64,000 bases of DNA from IMG/VR virus record IMGVR_UViG_3300035698_023946. The stretch is one strand, 5' to 3'. Both the position numbers and the translations under genes were made by a program. The stretch comes from an uncultured virus (IMG/VR IMGVR_UViG_3300035698_023946). Taxonomy: Duplodnaviria > Heunggongvirae > Uroviricota > Caudoviricetes. Numbering within the stretch: the first letter of the stretch is position 1; each line of letters begins with the position of its first letter. The notes beneath the pieces were generated by a model. It searched no databases. It was given only the letters and a program-made list of their open reading frames with translations, and was not told the DNA's origin. Shown here piece after piece: positions 28,296 through 38,847 of the stretch.

Positions 28296-28943
28296 TTATG
28301 GAATGGACGCATGGCTTAACAAATCCACCTCAACTTCAGGTATGTCGATCTTTTGACAGATGTCCACACAAATGAACTTACAGCCATTATGGCGAAAGAT
28401 CTTATGTTCATGATGATGCCCATAAATCCATAGTTCAGGACAGAATTCTTCAAAAATCATTTGCAAGCTTTTCGAATGCCCACCTAGATCTTGAATGCGG
28501 TAGATGTCCTTGTAGACGAAAGAAGGACAATCATGTGCCACGACGACATTGATTGGGACAAGGATATTGGAAATCAAATTCATTTGAGAATAAGTCAACT
28601 GTTCTCGTGAAGCAAACCAATCCCGACCATCTATACGTAAACGATTGTCAATACTATATGCTCCACCAACAAATAATACATTATTATCAACAAATCCTCT
28701 GGGTATATGATAAAGGTTTGTTTTAACTCCATATCTTGTGACTTCATATGGTTGGTTTTTATTTTCTTGGAGTTGAGGGTAAAAATCATGATTTCCCTCT
28801 AGGAAAAAACGTGGAGCGGCATACCTCGCCCACTTATGGTATGGTTTAAGACATAGGTCTCCCAACTGAATTGCTCCTGCTTCGAAGAAATCAGGATCAA
28901 GACCTCGTCTTTCACAATGTATGTCACCGATGAAAATCGCCAT
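28296..28943 (-). CDS. metallophosphoesterase
   Basis: GDIH, QLGD, GNHD, GGA.SID, AHDCP, YGHHH. Confidence 0.88.
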   Translation of the reverse strand: MAIFIGDIHCERRGLDPDFFEAGAIQLGDLCLKPYHKWARYAAPRFFLEGNHDFYPQLQENKNQPYEVTRYGVKTNLYHIPRGFVDNNVLFVGGAYSIDNRLRIDGRDWFASREQLTYSQMNLISNILVPINVVVAHDCPSFVYKDIYRIQDLGGHSKSLQMIFEEFCPELWIYGHHHEHKIFRHNGCKFICVDICQKIDIPEVEVDLLSHASIP

Positions 28944-28944
28944 T

Positions 28945-29373
28945 TCACTCTTCCTCTTCCGTATCTTCGATGATATTGAATCTCATACCACATTTATCAC
29001 AAGTGACTCCATGAGCCGACCAAGACGGTCCATAATCCTTGTAAATGTTCCCATACCTCTGTTTATTCGACTTTTTACAATGCGGACAAATCCATTCAAA
29101 ATGGTAAACTATTTTAACTAAAGTGAAATCCCCTTCTTTGTAAACCGATTTATCCTTAGTTTCCTTCCTATGTTTCTTCACCTTCTTTTTAGCTTCTTGA
29201 TGAGTCGTCACTTCAACTTTATCAACATTGTCAGGAATGTATGTTTTATCCTTCTTGACTGTTCGCTTCGGTTTTTCCTCTTCAACCTTCGGCGGTTCAA
29301 CTGGAGGAGGCTCTGGCTGAGTGTCAGCATCTTTTTGAGGTTTAACCAAGGGGACGATCTTTTTCACAGCCAT
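28945..29373 (-). CDS. hypothetical protein with Pro/Lys-rich N-terminus and Zn ribbon
   Basis: CPHC...CDKC. Confidence 0.65.
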   Translation of the reverse strand: MAVKKIVPLVKPQKDADTQPEPPPVEPPKVEEEKPKRTVKKDKTYIPDNVDKVEVTTHQEAKKKVKKHRKETKDKSVYKEGDFTLVKIVYHFEWICPHCKKSNKQRYGNIYKDYGPSWSAHGVTCDKCGMRFNIIEDTEEEE

Positions 29374-29447
29374 GCCATTGAATCTCCGTTCAAATTGATC
29401 TATAATGAAATTGTGTCCGGAAAACTTAAACCGGCTTCAGTTCTTGT

Positions 29448-29476
29448 ATAGTACCATATCTTTAAGCCGATGTCAA
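29448..29476 (-). promoter_or_regulatory. sigma70-type promoter (leftward)
   Basis: TTGACA-17 nt-TACTAT. Confidence 0.65.
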
Positions 29477-29489
29477 TAGGAGAGATTGA

Positions 29490-30296
29490 ATGAGTTCCGC
29501 CTACACGGAAAAAGACTTAAAATTCCTGAAAGCAGCAAAAAGCTTCGCAGATCAATTTGTCACATGCTTGCCACCAAGCCGAAAAATTGGATCTCTAATT
29601 GTCAAAGATGGGCAAGTCATCGGACAAGGTGTCAATGGGCCTCCTCGTTCAATTCTACATGTCGAAGACAGTTACGTCAAAGTCAGCGATGAAGTTGCCG
29701 TCTTTGGTAGAGGGTGGTTCTTTTCAACACATTTTAACAAATGGATCAGACTTTTAGAAAATGACAAAAAAATCAAAGACAAGTACATAGATATCGAAGG
29801 AACAATCAAAAATGTTCCATATATGATGAATTCTACTTCCTACCCTTATGATAATTATCTAGACGACTTTTGTTTAGATGACTACTTTTTGCATTGTGAG
29901 GAAAAAGAAAGTGCAAGTGTCAACGTTCAAAAATTAGTCGAATTCAAAGATGAGAAAGACATCAAAGGATCGATGGAAAAAATTGTCGATCAGCCAACCT
30001 GCCCAAGATACATCGTGAAAGGAATCAAATCTGGGGAGAAACTCTCCTTATGCTCGTGTCGTCACGCTGAAATTAACAGTATCGCAGCCGCTGCCGGTAG
30101 AACAGAAGGATGCACTATGTACTGTTATTGCGGACTTCCATGTTCCAACTGTACCGGAGACATCATTCACGCGGGAATCAAGAGGGTTTTTTATTTGGAT
30201 GACAAACCGGACTACTCTTATCAAAGTCGCTCTTGGTTCAATCAAGCAGAAATTGAAATCATTGAAGTTCCTAGGAAGTTAATTGATGAAGATTGA
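29490..30296 (+). CDS. dCMP deaminase with a large internal insertion
   Basis: RKIGSLIVKD...GVNGPP, HAEINSI, PCSNC...IIHAGIKRV. Confidence 0.85.
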   Translation: MSSAYTEKDLKFLKAAKSFADQFVTCLPPSRKIGSLIVKDGQVIGQGVNGPPRSILHVEDSYVKVSDEVAVFGRGWFFSTHFNKWIRLLENDKKIKDKYIDIEGTIKNVPYMMNSTSYPYDNYLDDFCLDDYFLHCEEKESASVNVQKLVEFKDEKDIKGSMEKIVDQPTCPRYIVKGIKSGEKLSLCSCRHAEINSIAAAAGRTEGCTMYCYCGLPCSNCTGDIIHAGIKRVFYLDDKPDYSYQSRSWFNQAEIEIIEVPRKLIDED

Positions 30297-30504
30297 AATT
30301 CATAACATATTTTTACAGGATGAACAAACATTCACACTAACACATGATAATTTCTTCGATTTCAATAAATTGACTATAAGAGTCGGACGTCCTGGAACTT
30401 TTCATTTTGTAAGAAAGGATAGAAAGTACAGCCTTATATTTTCAACACATTTTTTACTTTTTTTCATTAATGAAGATGATGAAATAACAAATATCTATCT
30501 ATGA
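30286..30504 (+). CDS. small hypothetical protein, MxIxxHN family
   Basis: MKIEIHN; tandem paralogue of the next ORF (FNKL.IR). Confidence 0.6.
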   Translation: MKIEIHNIFLQDEQTFTLTHDNFFDFNKLTIRVGRPGTFHFVRKDRKYSLIFSTHFLLFFINEDDEITNIYL

Positions 30505-30737
30505 AGATTAAAATACATAATGAGTTGTCCATAAAACATCAAAAATTTAAAAATACTGTAATTATGAATTTTAACAAATTACGAATACGAATCAGCAATA
30601 TTGACAGTATTAGAAATGGTTGGTTTTTTCAAAAAAATGATGAAAATCTTAAAGTTGCTCTATCTGAAATGTTTAATTATTTTTACATAGATGAGAACGA
30701 TTTGATGACAACCGTTAATCTTCGGGAGGCCGATTGA
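30501..30737 (+). CDS. small hypothetical protein, MxIxxHN family
   Basis: MKIKIHN; FNKLRIR. Confidence 0.6.
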   Translation: MKIKIHNELSIKHQKFKNTVIMNFNKLRIRISNIDSIRNGWFFQKNDENLKVALSEMFNYFYIDENDLMTTVNLREAD

Positions 30738-31698
30738 GGAGGATGAAATCTTTCATCCAATCTAAAGTTTCTTTGAAGGCTTCTTCAGGATTGGTGAAGA
30801 GGTCACCAAAAGAATCTTTCAACTTGTTATTATTTCCAGTCAAATGAAAGACATACGGCCTCAACATTTTATCATACACGATCTTGTCCTCTAGGGATTC
30901 TTTACCAAAATGCCTCATGAAAATAGAAACTAACTCATTGACTTTAATTCCTTTACCAGAACATAGGTTGTAAACATCATAAAGATTTTCAGATTGTTCA
31001 TTGGCTATCTGAAGTAAGTACTTACAAACATCTTCGACAAAAATGTAATCTAAACTATGTTCGCCATCAGAAGGGATCATAGGAGCATAATTATTGACAA
31101 TCGACATCACCATAGATGAGAAAGAATGATGAGGAGAAAACACGTTCATATATTTTCCGTGAACTTCTCCCAATCTAATCATCGCAACTGGACGTTGATA
31201 AGCTTCGCAAAACATTTTTCCGACAGTTTCTACACATTTTCCAGTCGCACCATATGGATTGATGGGATTTAAATTATCCGTTTCAACTAATGTGTTTCTG
31301 TACTTGCTAGGATGTCCATACGCATGAAGATTAGAAAATAAGATTATTTTTTGCACGGAAGGATGTTGAGTTGCTGCCTGAACGGCTATCTGAGAAGAAA
31401 GTAAAGAAGCCTGCATCAATGGTTCAGCACTATTGAATCCATCATCTACGACCGAACAGCCGACTAAATTGTAAACGATATTTTGTCCTTTGAAGGACTC
31501 TAAGACCGAGGGTACATCGAACACATCTTCATTGATGATTTCGATATCCTCAGATTGAAGAAGAGAGATGTTAAGAGAAGGAGAATTTGAAAAATCGTCT
31601 AAGATTCTAACTTTGGCTCCTTTTTCTTTTAGGAAAAGAGCCAAATTAGTACCGATGAAACCACAACCGCCTAAAATCAGATGATTTTCATATTTCAT
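30715..31698 (-). CDS. NAD-dependent nucleotide-sugar epimerase/dehydratase-like protein
   Basis: LILGGCGFIG Rossmann motif, NPYG, DYIFVEDV, YNLCSG; start moved to ATG 31698. Confidence 0.85.
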   Translation of the reverse strand: MKYENHLILGGCGFIGTNLALFLKEKGAKVRILDDFSNSPSLNISLLQSEDIEIINEDVFDVPSVLESFKGQNIVYNLVGCSVVDDGFNSAEPLMQASLLSSQIAVQAATQHPSVQKIILFSNLHAYGHPSKYRNTLVETDNLNPINPYGATGKCVETVGKMFCEAYQRPVAMIRLGEVHGKYMNVFSPHHSFSSMVMSIVNNYAPMIPSDGEHSLDYIFVEDVCKYLLQIANEQSENLYDVYNLCSGKGIKVNELVSIFMRHFGKESLEDKIVYDKMLRPYVFHLTGNNNKLKDSFGDLFTNPEEAFKETLDWMKDFILLNRPPED

Positions 31699-32428
31699 AT
31701 TATCGAACCTTGAAATTAACCGTATAATTAATTTTGAATAAATTCTATTATACGCAGGAAAAATAAATGCCAAACGCACCTGTACCCATCGTCAGAGAAC
31801 ATATTTACGATTGCCCCTTATGTGGAAATGTAAATCCGCCATTGTCTTGTTGCGGCGGATTTAAGAATTATCCACCCTCAGAAATAGAAGAAGATTTTGA
31901 ATCAATTGAACTAAAAATATATAAATGCAACAATTGTTTTTCTCTTTTCATTTCTATTAATGGGGATTTTCTTAAAGGAAAATTCGAAGATATCATCGGA
32001 TATTAAAAGTATAGGAGGACTCCTACATGCCTAAATCAAATCACATTTCAGAAAATTCTACAATTGGAAAGAAATACAAGAAGACCATCAAAAAAATGCA
32101 AGATGATGCTCCTAAAAGAGACAAATATGACATAGGGAGACAACAGGTAGAGGTAGTAGACAAGAAAGGAAAAGTAAAGAAAATAGAAGCTTTGAGAATA
32201 GATATTGAAGATTGAATGATAAACCTAAAAAGACAACTTATGGATTTCCTTTACGAGCATAAGCGAAAGCATAAGAGAATACTAAGATTAAAAACACCAG
32301 CAGGTTATTATCAATTGTTTTCCCCAGAACAATTGTTAAAAGAAATTGAAAACGAAACTGTTTTAGGTAAAAGAGTTCTAACTGAAGTTAAATCCAAACA
32401 AGACTTATTAGACCTACTTCCTTAAGCC

Positions 32429-33085
32429 ATGAAATTTAGAAAAATCACACACATCAATTTTTCCGATCCCGGACAACATCCTGTTAAATTTAGCCCTGGA
32501 GAATACGCGATTTACGACGGGAATGATATCTTGCATGTCAAAGAAGAAGATATGTCCGTTCGAGTCATTAAAACCGGTTCTGAGTTTGATGCCGTCTTTT
32601 CTTCAGAATGGGTTTCCCATCCGATACGAGAAGAATTTGATTTTTCCGGATTTGAAGAAGAGGGTTCGACAGACGCCTTCTTTGAAATTGATGGAAAATT
32701 TGATCTCAATGATGAAATCGATGTAGAACAGGAAATCTTCAGTTTTTTCACTGAAGAAGACTCGAATGTCAAGAATCGCAATTTCAGTAGTCGAATAGAG
32801 ATGTTTTCGATGGGAAACAATTTATACGATTTGATTTTCGTCATCAAAGAAACCCCTGACGGCCTGCTTCCATACCTCCAGGTTTCGACTAAAGTGAAAG
32901 GAGATAAAGATCAATCAGATGTTGAAGATGTTGGTTTCAAATTAATGCTCACCAACACTTCCATGAATTCCATGATTAAATCGATTCGGTCAATCAAGAA
33001 ACGCCTTGAAGATGGCAGATTCCATAAACTCAAAGATGCAGTAAACACTTCCAGCGAAGATGCACTTGACGAAGGCGTAAGATAA
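32429..33085 (+). CDS. hypothetical acidic protein
   Basis: 218-aa ORF. Confidence 0.65.
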   Translation: MKFRKITHINFSDPGQHPVKFSPGEYAIYDGNDILHVKEEDMSVRVIKTGSEFDAVFSSEWVSHPIREEFDFSGFEEEGSTDAFFEIDGKFDLNDEIDVEQEIFSFFTEEDSNVKNRNFSSRIEMFSMGNNLYDLIFVIKETPDGLLPYLQVSTKVKGDKDQSDVEDVGFKLMLTNTSMNSMIKSIRSIKKRLEDGRFHKLKDAVNTSSEDALDEGVR

Positions 33086-33134
33086 GGTTTATAATGAAAG
33101 AAACGAACAGAAAATACCATAGGAGGTAGATTAA

Positions 33135-33743
33135 ATGAAAAAGTTAGTTATTAGTTTGATGTTGCTTGGTTTGATGTGTTTTCCAACTTTTGCTGCCGAT
33201 TTAACGACCACAGGGGCGTTTTCCTACGTCATGGACGATCCTAATTTCAATAGCGATGGATCTCTAAATGAAGCAGTTGTCGCAGGTAGACGTACTGGAG
33301 CTTTTGTCTACGACATGCAATTGAATCCCGTGGGAGATGGTGACACCGTCGTCTATCGATTTGGTCGCCCAGCTCCGGATGTCCTTAAATCTTCAACAGT
33401 CGTCCTCACAGTCACTGATGAAAACGTATTGACTGAAGAAGGGGAATGGAATTTGATGATCAGAATTGTCAATATCGTCACGGAAAATGGTGGACCTGTA
33501 GAATATACTGCTCCGGCACAAGTTCTAAAGGTCAGGAGATTGGTCTTCGAGGCACCCGTGCCTACGCCGACACCAACTCCCATTCCACCTACACCGACGC
33601 CCACGCCTGCCGCTTTCGAGCCACTACCATTTGACAACGGCGATTTCCTGGAATTCATCGATGAAACTGGTTTTAACGAGACCGATTTCAGCAGATTCAG
33701 AATTTTGCCCGGAATCATGATGAGAGCACTCGGAAACAACTAA
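33135..33743 (+). CDS. secreted protein with PTPTP linker
   Basis: AGGAGG RBS, signal peptide ending TFA, Pro/Thr linker. Confidence 0.8.
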   Translation: MKKLVISLMLLGLMCFPTFAADLTTTGAFSYVMDDPNFNSDGSLNEAVVAGRRTGAFVYDMQLNPVGDGDTVVYRFGRPAPDVLKSSTVVLTVTDENVLTEEGEWNLMIRIVNIVTENGGPVEYTAPAQVLKVRRLVFEAPVPTPTPTPIPPTPTPTPAAFEPLPFDNGDFLEFIDETGFNETDFSRFRILPGIMMRALGNN

Positions 33744-34535
33744 TCTCTGCAATTGAAGGGGGAGGATTCCTCCCCCTTCTCCAAATTCATAGAAAGGTCA
33801 AAAAAAACGATGATGCAACAAATCAAACTCTATAAAAAGTTGCTATTATTTTTGACGTTGACGCTTTTAATCGCCTTTTGTTCAACTGGTTTCACTTATC
33901 CATGGTGGAAGTCGAAATCTAAATCATCCTTTTGTGTTCTCACCTGTCATAAAATGGCTTTTAAGCCCAGGTACAAACACGCTTTTCATCCGCATCAGTT
34001 TAAGGAAAAAGATTTTGTTTCTTTCCAGGAAGAACCCGTTGAACGACCATGAAGCTTCAGTCACACCCCACTACCAAATCAACAAAAGATTGCAAAGAAC
34101 ATATAACCTCATTATGTGAAAAATACAAAATTCTGGCGAGTACGATAAAGTTCCCAAAAGGTTATTGGGGTAAACATTATTACAGAAACCGTCAAACAAA
34201 CAGTTACGTCAGGATAGGCCCAATTACAGGTCCTTGCAGCTACTTTAAAGCGATGTATCACATCGGATACATCGTTAATCCAAAATGCCACAGAGGTAAT
34301 CTTTTACATAAGAAAGCTCAATCTTGGAAATGGGTAATTAAAAACTCAATCATAGGACATAATGAAGCAACCCAAAATATCGTCATTAAGCATCTTATTA
34401 AGAGCTTGAATTGGGTTAATGAAACAAATAAACAAAGAATGAACTATAATAAAAGAGGACCTAAAAAAGAAAGATTTTTCAAATTGCCAGAATCAAATGA
34501 TTTATTTTGGACATTATTAAAAAGTGGAGATTTAG

Positions 34536-35048
34536 ATGAAAAAGAAACTTAAAAAACTAGGAAATCCAGTTCTCAGATCAAGATCTAGGATTGTTTTAAA
34601 AATCACTTCAAAAGTAAAAGAAACCGTCAACCACATGTGGGACATTTTAAACAAGTGTCCTACTGGAGTAGGTCTGGCAGCACCTCAAATCGGGACAGAC
34701 AAACGTATCATCATCGTCAAGGATGGAGACGAAAACATCTGTTTAATAAACCCCGTAATCGTTGAGGCGGATTTGGAAAAAGAAATCGAATTGGAAAGCT
34801 GTATGTCATTACCCAGAGTTCACTTAAAAGTTCCGAGAAGCAAAAAAATAAAAGTTATCGGCAAAAATCTAGGTAACAATGATGTTGAAATTGAAGCAGA
34901 AGGGCTGTTGTCTAGGACATTGCAGCATGAGATCGATCATTTAGATGGGATTCTAATAATCGATTACGCCGAACCTGAAAAAAGAAATGAAATTCTAGAC
35001 AACTTCGATTTTCCAAAAAACAATATTGAACGAAAACGAGTGAAATGA
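34536..35048 (+). CDS. def: peptide deformylase
   Basis: GVGLAAPQIG, ESCMS (EGCLS variant), QHEIDHLDG. Confidence 0.93.
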   Translation: MKKKLKKLGNPVLRSRSRIVLKITSKVKETVNHMWDILNKCPTGVGLAAPQIGTDKRIIIVKDGDENICLINPVIVEADLEKEIELESCMSLPRVHLKVPRSKKIKVIGKNLGNNDVEIEAEGLLSRTLQHEIDHLDGILIIDYAEPEKRNEILDNFDFPKNNIERKRVK

Positions 35049-35058
35049 GGACAATAAA

Positions 35059-35697
35059 ATGGGTACAAATAGCAAAGTCATGGTCGTATCTGCAGATGCT
35101 CTTTTTGGTGAAGGAGAATATTTTTACGGATTCTGTTCAAAGGATGAAGTTTCTTTTGACGATATCATCTTAGACACCTATGAATTTCGAGCCAGGAAGG
35201 CCGTAGAGGACGATCCCTCCTGGATTCAGCCCGTTCCATACGTAACCCTCGTAAACACCTCTAGAGAGGAAGTCTGGGCTTTTGAGACCCTTTCTGAGAA
35301 GGAAGGTCGTCGTTCTCCTCCAATTTGGTCTTGGGGGTTCGGCGGTCCTGTCGAAATCAGAGATCAAGGGAATTCTGATGCCGTATTCATCAATAACATC
35401 AAGAGAAAAATAAAAGAAGCCGTAATCCTTGAAATTCATGAAAATGATTTAACATTTCAAGGTTGCATCAATGATGATTCTTCAGAGGTAGATGAAACTC
35501 ATTTCGGACTATCATATACCTTGGAAGTGGAACAACAAGAAATCTATCCTCACGCGAATGAAATTCAACAAGGCGGATGGATATCAATAGATGAAGCTGA
35601 GAACATCTCAAATAGCGGAAGTTACATGGTGGAGAAGTGGTCTCAGCATCTTATCGATCATCTAAAATCAGTTTTAAAACAAACTGTTGTAGTTTAA
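35059..35697 (+). CDS. Nudix-fold phosphoesterase-like protein (degenerate Nudix box)
   Basis: EDDPSWIQPVPY, SWGFGG, INDDS..V...HFGL, EKWS. Confidence 0.65.
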   Translation: MGTNSKVMVVSADALFGEGEYFYGFCSKDEVSFDDIILDTYEFRARKAVEDDPSWIQPVPYVTLVNTSREEVWAFETLSEKEGRRSPPIWSWGFGGPVEIRDQGNSDAVFINNIKRKIKEAVILEIHENDLTFQGCINDDSSEVDETHFGLSYTLEVEQQEIYPHANEIQQGGWISIDEAENISNSGSYMVEKWSQHLIDHLKSVLKQTVVV

Positions 35698-35922
35698 GCA
35701 TGAAATAACATGTTTAAAGCTAGCTAGTTAGAGTTATGATCTTAAAGGGTAATCTTCCAAAATGGCTGGAATCAATTCTTCCAACAGGCAACCCGAAGGA
35801 ACTCCGTTTGGGTTGGATCATCTACGAAGAAATTGGCAAAGTTGTCATCAATGATTATGCAACTGGTAAAATAAAAATAGGACCGCCGGACAAATACGTA
35901 GATCCGATGAGAAAAGTTTAAG

Positions 35923-36489
35923 ATGGAAATAGACAAAAAGACGTTTAAAACCTTGTGGTATGAAAATGAAAAAGGTGATAAATGGTACCCTGATTTAGGG
36001 AAGTTTAATCCTGGTGATGAACCAAGAGGATTCGTCTATCAAGTAAGTCGTTTCCCATGCCAAATTGTAGAAACTTATTTGAAAAATGTTGATGAAGAAA
36101 AAGTTAAGAATTGTCCTCATCCAATCATTGATCGAGAACCAGATTTAGATTTGATAAGTGGTTACAAAGGTAGAAAATGCAAGATGTGCCACGGATTTCA
36201 AACGGTGGATGAAGATGAATCTTGGCCTGATGGATGGGAAGCTCATGGAAGTTACGAAGTAGCATCCGGAACAAGTTCATGGCCAGAAGACCTGGTTTTA
36301 GCAATTGCTAATTCTGGAGACTATTCTTTGTCAGAAGCAATTTTAATTGCCTCAATCAGTTGTGTAAGATGTTTGAATTCCCTGTATCATAGGTACGGGC
36401 TTTCTGGTGGTTTCGAAGAATTTTCTGCAGAATGGGAAGAAACAAATACATCTTGTGCGTTTTGTGAAAATGAAAGTATTCATACATAA
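35923..36489 (+). CDS. Cys-containing hypothetical protein
   Basis: 188-aa ORF with several CxxC. Confidence 0.65.
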   Translation: MEIDKKTFKTLWYENEKGDKWYPDLGKFNPGDEPRGFVYQVSRFPCQIVETYLKNVDEEKVKNCPHPIIDREPDLDLISGYKGRKCKMCHGFQTVDEDESWPDGWEAHGSYEVASGTSSWPEDLVLAIANSGDYSLSEAILIASISCVRCLNSLYHRYGLSGGFEEFSAEWEETNTSCAFCENESIHT

Positions 36490-36727
36490 TTCACTTTTAG
36501 TAGTTTGGGAAGAAACCACCTTCCTTTTAAACGGAAGATGCAACTATCTTACCATAAGAGACATCGAAGCTATTTCTGAAACGCTGAGTTTAGTCCAAAA
36601 AGAAGTTGTTAACCTAATAAAAAAAGAAGATGATTACTGGTCGTTATCAAAAAAGGCTAGAAAATTTAAAAGAGAACATCATGGCGATACTAAACATAAA
36701 TACATCCAGTCAAGATTTTTTGAATAG
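36470..36727 (+). CDS. small hypothetical protein, MxIxxHN family
   Basis: ATG 36470 gives MKVFIHNS. Confidence 0.5.
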   Translation: MKVFIHNSLLVVWEETTFLLNGRCNYLTIRDIEAISETLSLVQKEVVNLIKKEDDYWSLSKKARKFKREHHGDTKHKYIQSRFFE

Positions 36728-38303
36728 TCTAGCTGCTGGAAAAAATAAAGGCTCTTTCTCAAACGATTATGCCAACGGCACAAGTTTGATCACCCTTAAC
36801 GAGAGGCAACACATCAAAACTGCTGCCTTGATGATCAAATTCCCGATTGACACAGAAAACGATCCGGTAGAAAATGGGTTTCCAGATTTCGATCATGGTC
36901 TCGGATTCGTAGATATCCTAGATTCTGAGACAGATGAAATCACTACAGACCCAAACTTGAACCCAAACGCCTACCTGTTCTTCTTCAACAAAACAGACCT
37001 AATCAACAACAAGGTGTTAACGATCAATTTTGACATCGACAAGGGTTTTCAAATACCGTTCATGAAGCATGAAGCACTTAATCTGGAAAGGCTTCAACCC
37101 TTCTTCTCCTCACAAACGATAGATCCCGTCATAGAGAATCCAGATGTGTTAGTTCCCGTGTTCCCAAATCAAACATCGACTAAGAGTAATTCTGGAAAAA
37201 GCTTCCTACCGTTAGTCCCTTTGAGTCTTTCAAATTTCACTGAAACTTTTTCCTCCCATGACGATGCCGACATCTATCTCCTTCAAAGAGGATCGGATAG
37301 TTATCCGATATGGCTCGGAAAATCTCAAACTATAATAGACGATTCTACTAGTTTTGATTTTCTGGCAGACAATGTCATGTCTAACTTTCAGATAGAACCA
37401 AACGGACTGTTAGGAATCGCAAATTCAAGCGATCCAACATTTCCGACAGTGTTGATTCCTCACAATGTCCCCTCTTCTTCAGTGGGCGTTCAATCTACGA
37501 TACAAGATGAACTTTCATCCATTTACGACAATGACATACGAAGCGATCTCTCAAGATCTACTTTAGCGATGAAATATTATTCGACAGGCAATGATGTCTT
37601 GACTTTTCTCAAAGCCAAGACAAAAAAACGTCTACATGCCGGAGGAATGTTTGGGACTCATGTGAAGGTGACATTCGTTCTTTTTGATGAATCCAAACCT
37701 CCAATAGTAAAATCGATCACTGGAAATATAGGAGAACCATCAGATCAGATCAACGGTCTCGTTTACGATGTAGAAGCCGACAGCTCCCCTCCAGGCAGTT
37801 ATTCAAGAGATTCATACCTTGAGGTGGGTGTCTCAGACGGACTCAATAGACCCCTCCTGCTGAACCTCTATATGAAAGATACCGCCTGCTCTACCTCAGA
37901 AACTGACGGAAGCGGATTGGTGAATGCGACTGAGATAACTTCTGGAAAAACTACGGAAGAAGCATTGTCGTATGATGTCAGATTAGTTGCTAAAGAAAAC
38001 ATCGATCTCGAAGCCAATAATATAACAAAAAATGTAGACACGGGTTCCTATGTCGGATCGATTGTTCAATATTATCTCAACAACATCTTGAAATCTTCTT
38101 CAACACCTACATATATAAAACTGCATGACTATAAACACTTAGGTCATTGCTCAGAGAATTTAGAATTAACATCGGCATACTATGTCATTAAAAAAGATGA
38201 TAGCAATATTTCCTACGATGCAAACAAGAATCCAGGAGACCCTAGTTCCTATTCTTTGTCTGGACGATGGGGAAAATTCATGATAAGACTACATTGGGTG
38301 TGA
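36681..38303 (+). CDS. large hypothetical protein, possibly virion-associated
   Basis: Ser/Asn/Asp/Thr-rich 540-aa ORF; the virion role is inferred from composition only. Confidence 0.6.
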   Translation: MAILNINTSSQDFLNSLAAGKNKGSFSNDYANGTSLITLNERQHIKTAALMIKFPIDTENDPVENGFPDFDHGLGFVDILDSETDEITTDPNLNPNAYLFFFNKTDLINNKVLTINFDIDKGFQIPFMKHEALNLERLQPFFSSQTIDPVIENPDVLVPVFPNQTSTKSNSGKSFLPLVPLSLSNFTETFSSHDDADIYLLQRGSDSYPIWLGKSQTIIDDSTSFDFLADNVMSNFQIEPNGLLGIANSSDPTFPTVLIPHNVPSSSVGVQSTIQDELSSIYDNDIRSDLSRSTLAMKYYSTGNDVLTFLKAKTKKRLHAGGMFGTHVKVTFVLFDESKPPIVKSITGNIGEPSDQINGLVYDVEADSSPPGSYSRDSYLEVGVSDGLNRPLLLNLYMKDTACSTSETDGSGLVNATEITSGKTTEEALSYDVRLVAKENIDLEANNITKNVDTGSYVGSIVQYYLNNILKSSSTPTYIKLHDYKHLGHCSENLELTSAYYVIKKDDSNISYDANKNPGDPSSYSLSGRWGKFMIRLHWV

Positions 38304-38307
38304 TTTC

Positions 38308-38847
38308 ATGTTCGTTAAAATTCCAATCAGACAAGCTATCAAGTTCTTTCCCAAAGGAACGATCAATAAGATATTCAAACAAAAGATAAGAACTCCGAAT
38401 GGAATCCCATTAAGCATACTTAGGAATCATTCAAAAAAGATTCTTTGTTACCGAGATTGGGATTATGTGTCGAGGCACTACTCTCTCGACACGCACTTCA
38501 TGCTCACATACGCAGATAACCTAAATTGGAAAAACATTTCACGATGTCAAAAGTTAAGTGAAAAAGACATGGAATTTTTTCATGAAAAATTATTATGGAA
38601 AGATGTGATAAAAAATCAAACTTTAACGAGGAAGATAATTGAAAAAGAATATGAAAATCGATGGTGGTTCACCGTTTCTAAATACAGTAATCTGAAAGCG
38701 GATGATGTCATCTACTTTAAAGATAAACTTCTATGGGGTGTTTACTTGAGTAGAAGAGACGTTTACATAGGGAAAAAAATACTCAAAAATTGCAAAGATG
38801 TCATTCCCGATCTTTTCTTCACGATGCACTCAAAAAAGCTTCAATGA
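38308..38847 (+). CDS. tryptophan-repeat protein
   Basis: Repeated L.W..(I/V)S..Q.L(S/T) units. Confidence 0.7.
   Translation: MFVKIPIRQAIKFFPKGTINKIFKQKIRTPNGIPLSILRNHSKKILCYRDWDYVSRHYSLDTHFMLTYADNLNWKNISRCQKLSEKDMEFFHEKLLWKDVIKNQTLTRKIIEKEYENRWWFTVSKYSNLKADDVIYFKDKLLWGVYLSRRDVYIGKKILKNCKDVIPDLFFTMHSKKLQ

Noticed and set aside
31699..31779. N-terminal extension of the epimerase ORF
   Set aside because: It spans an AT-rich region holding two CGTATAAT boxes; the Rossmann motif starts just after ATG 31698.
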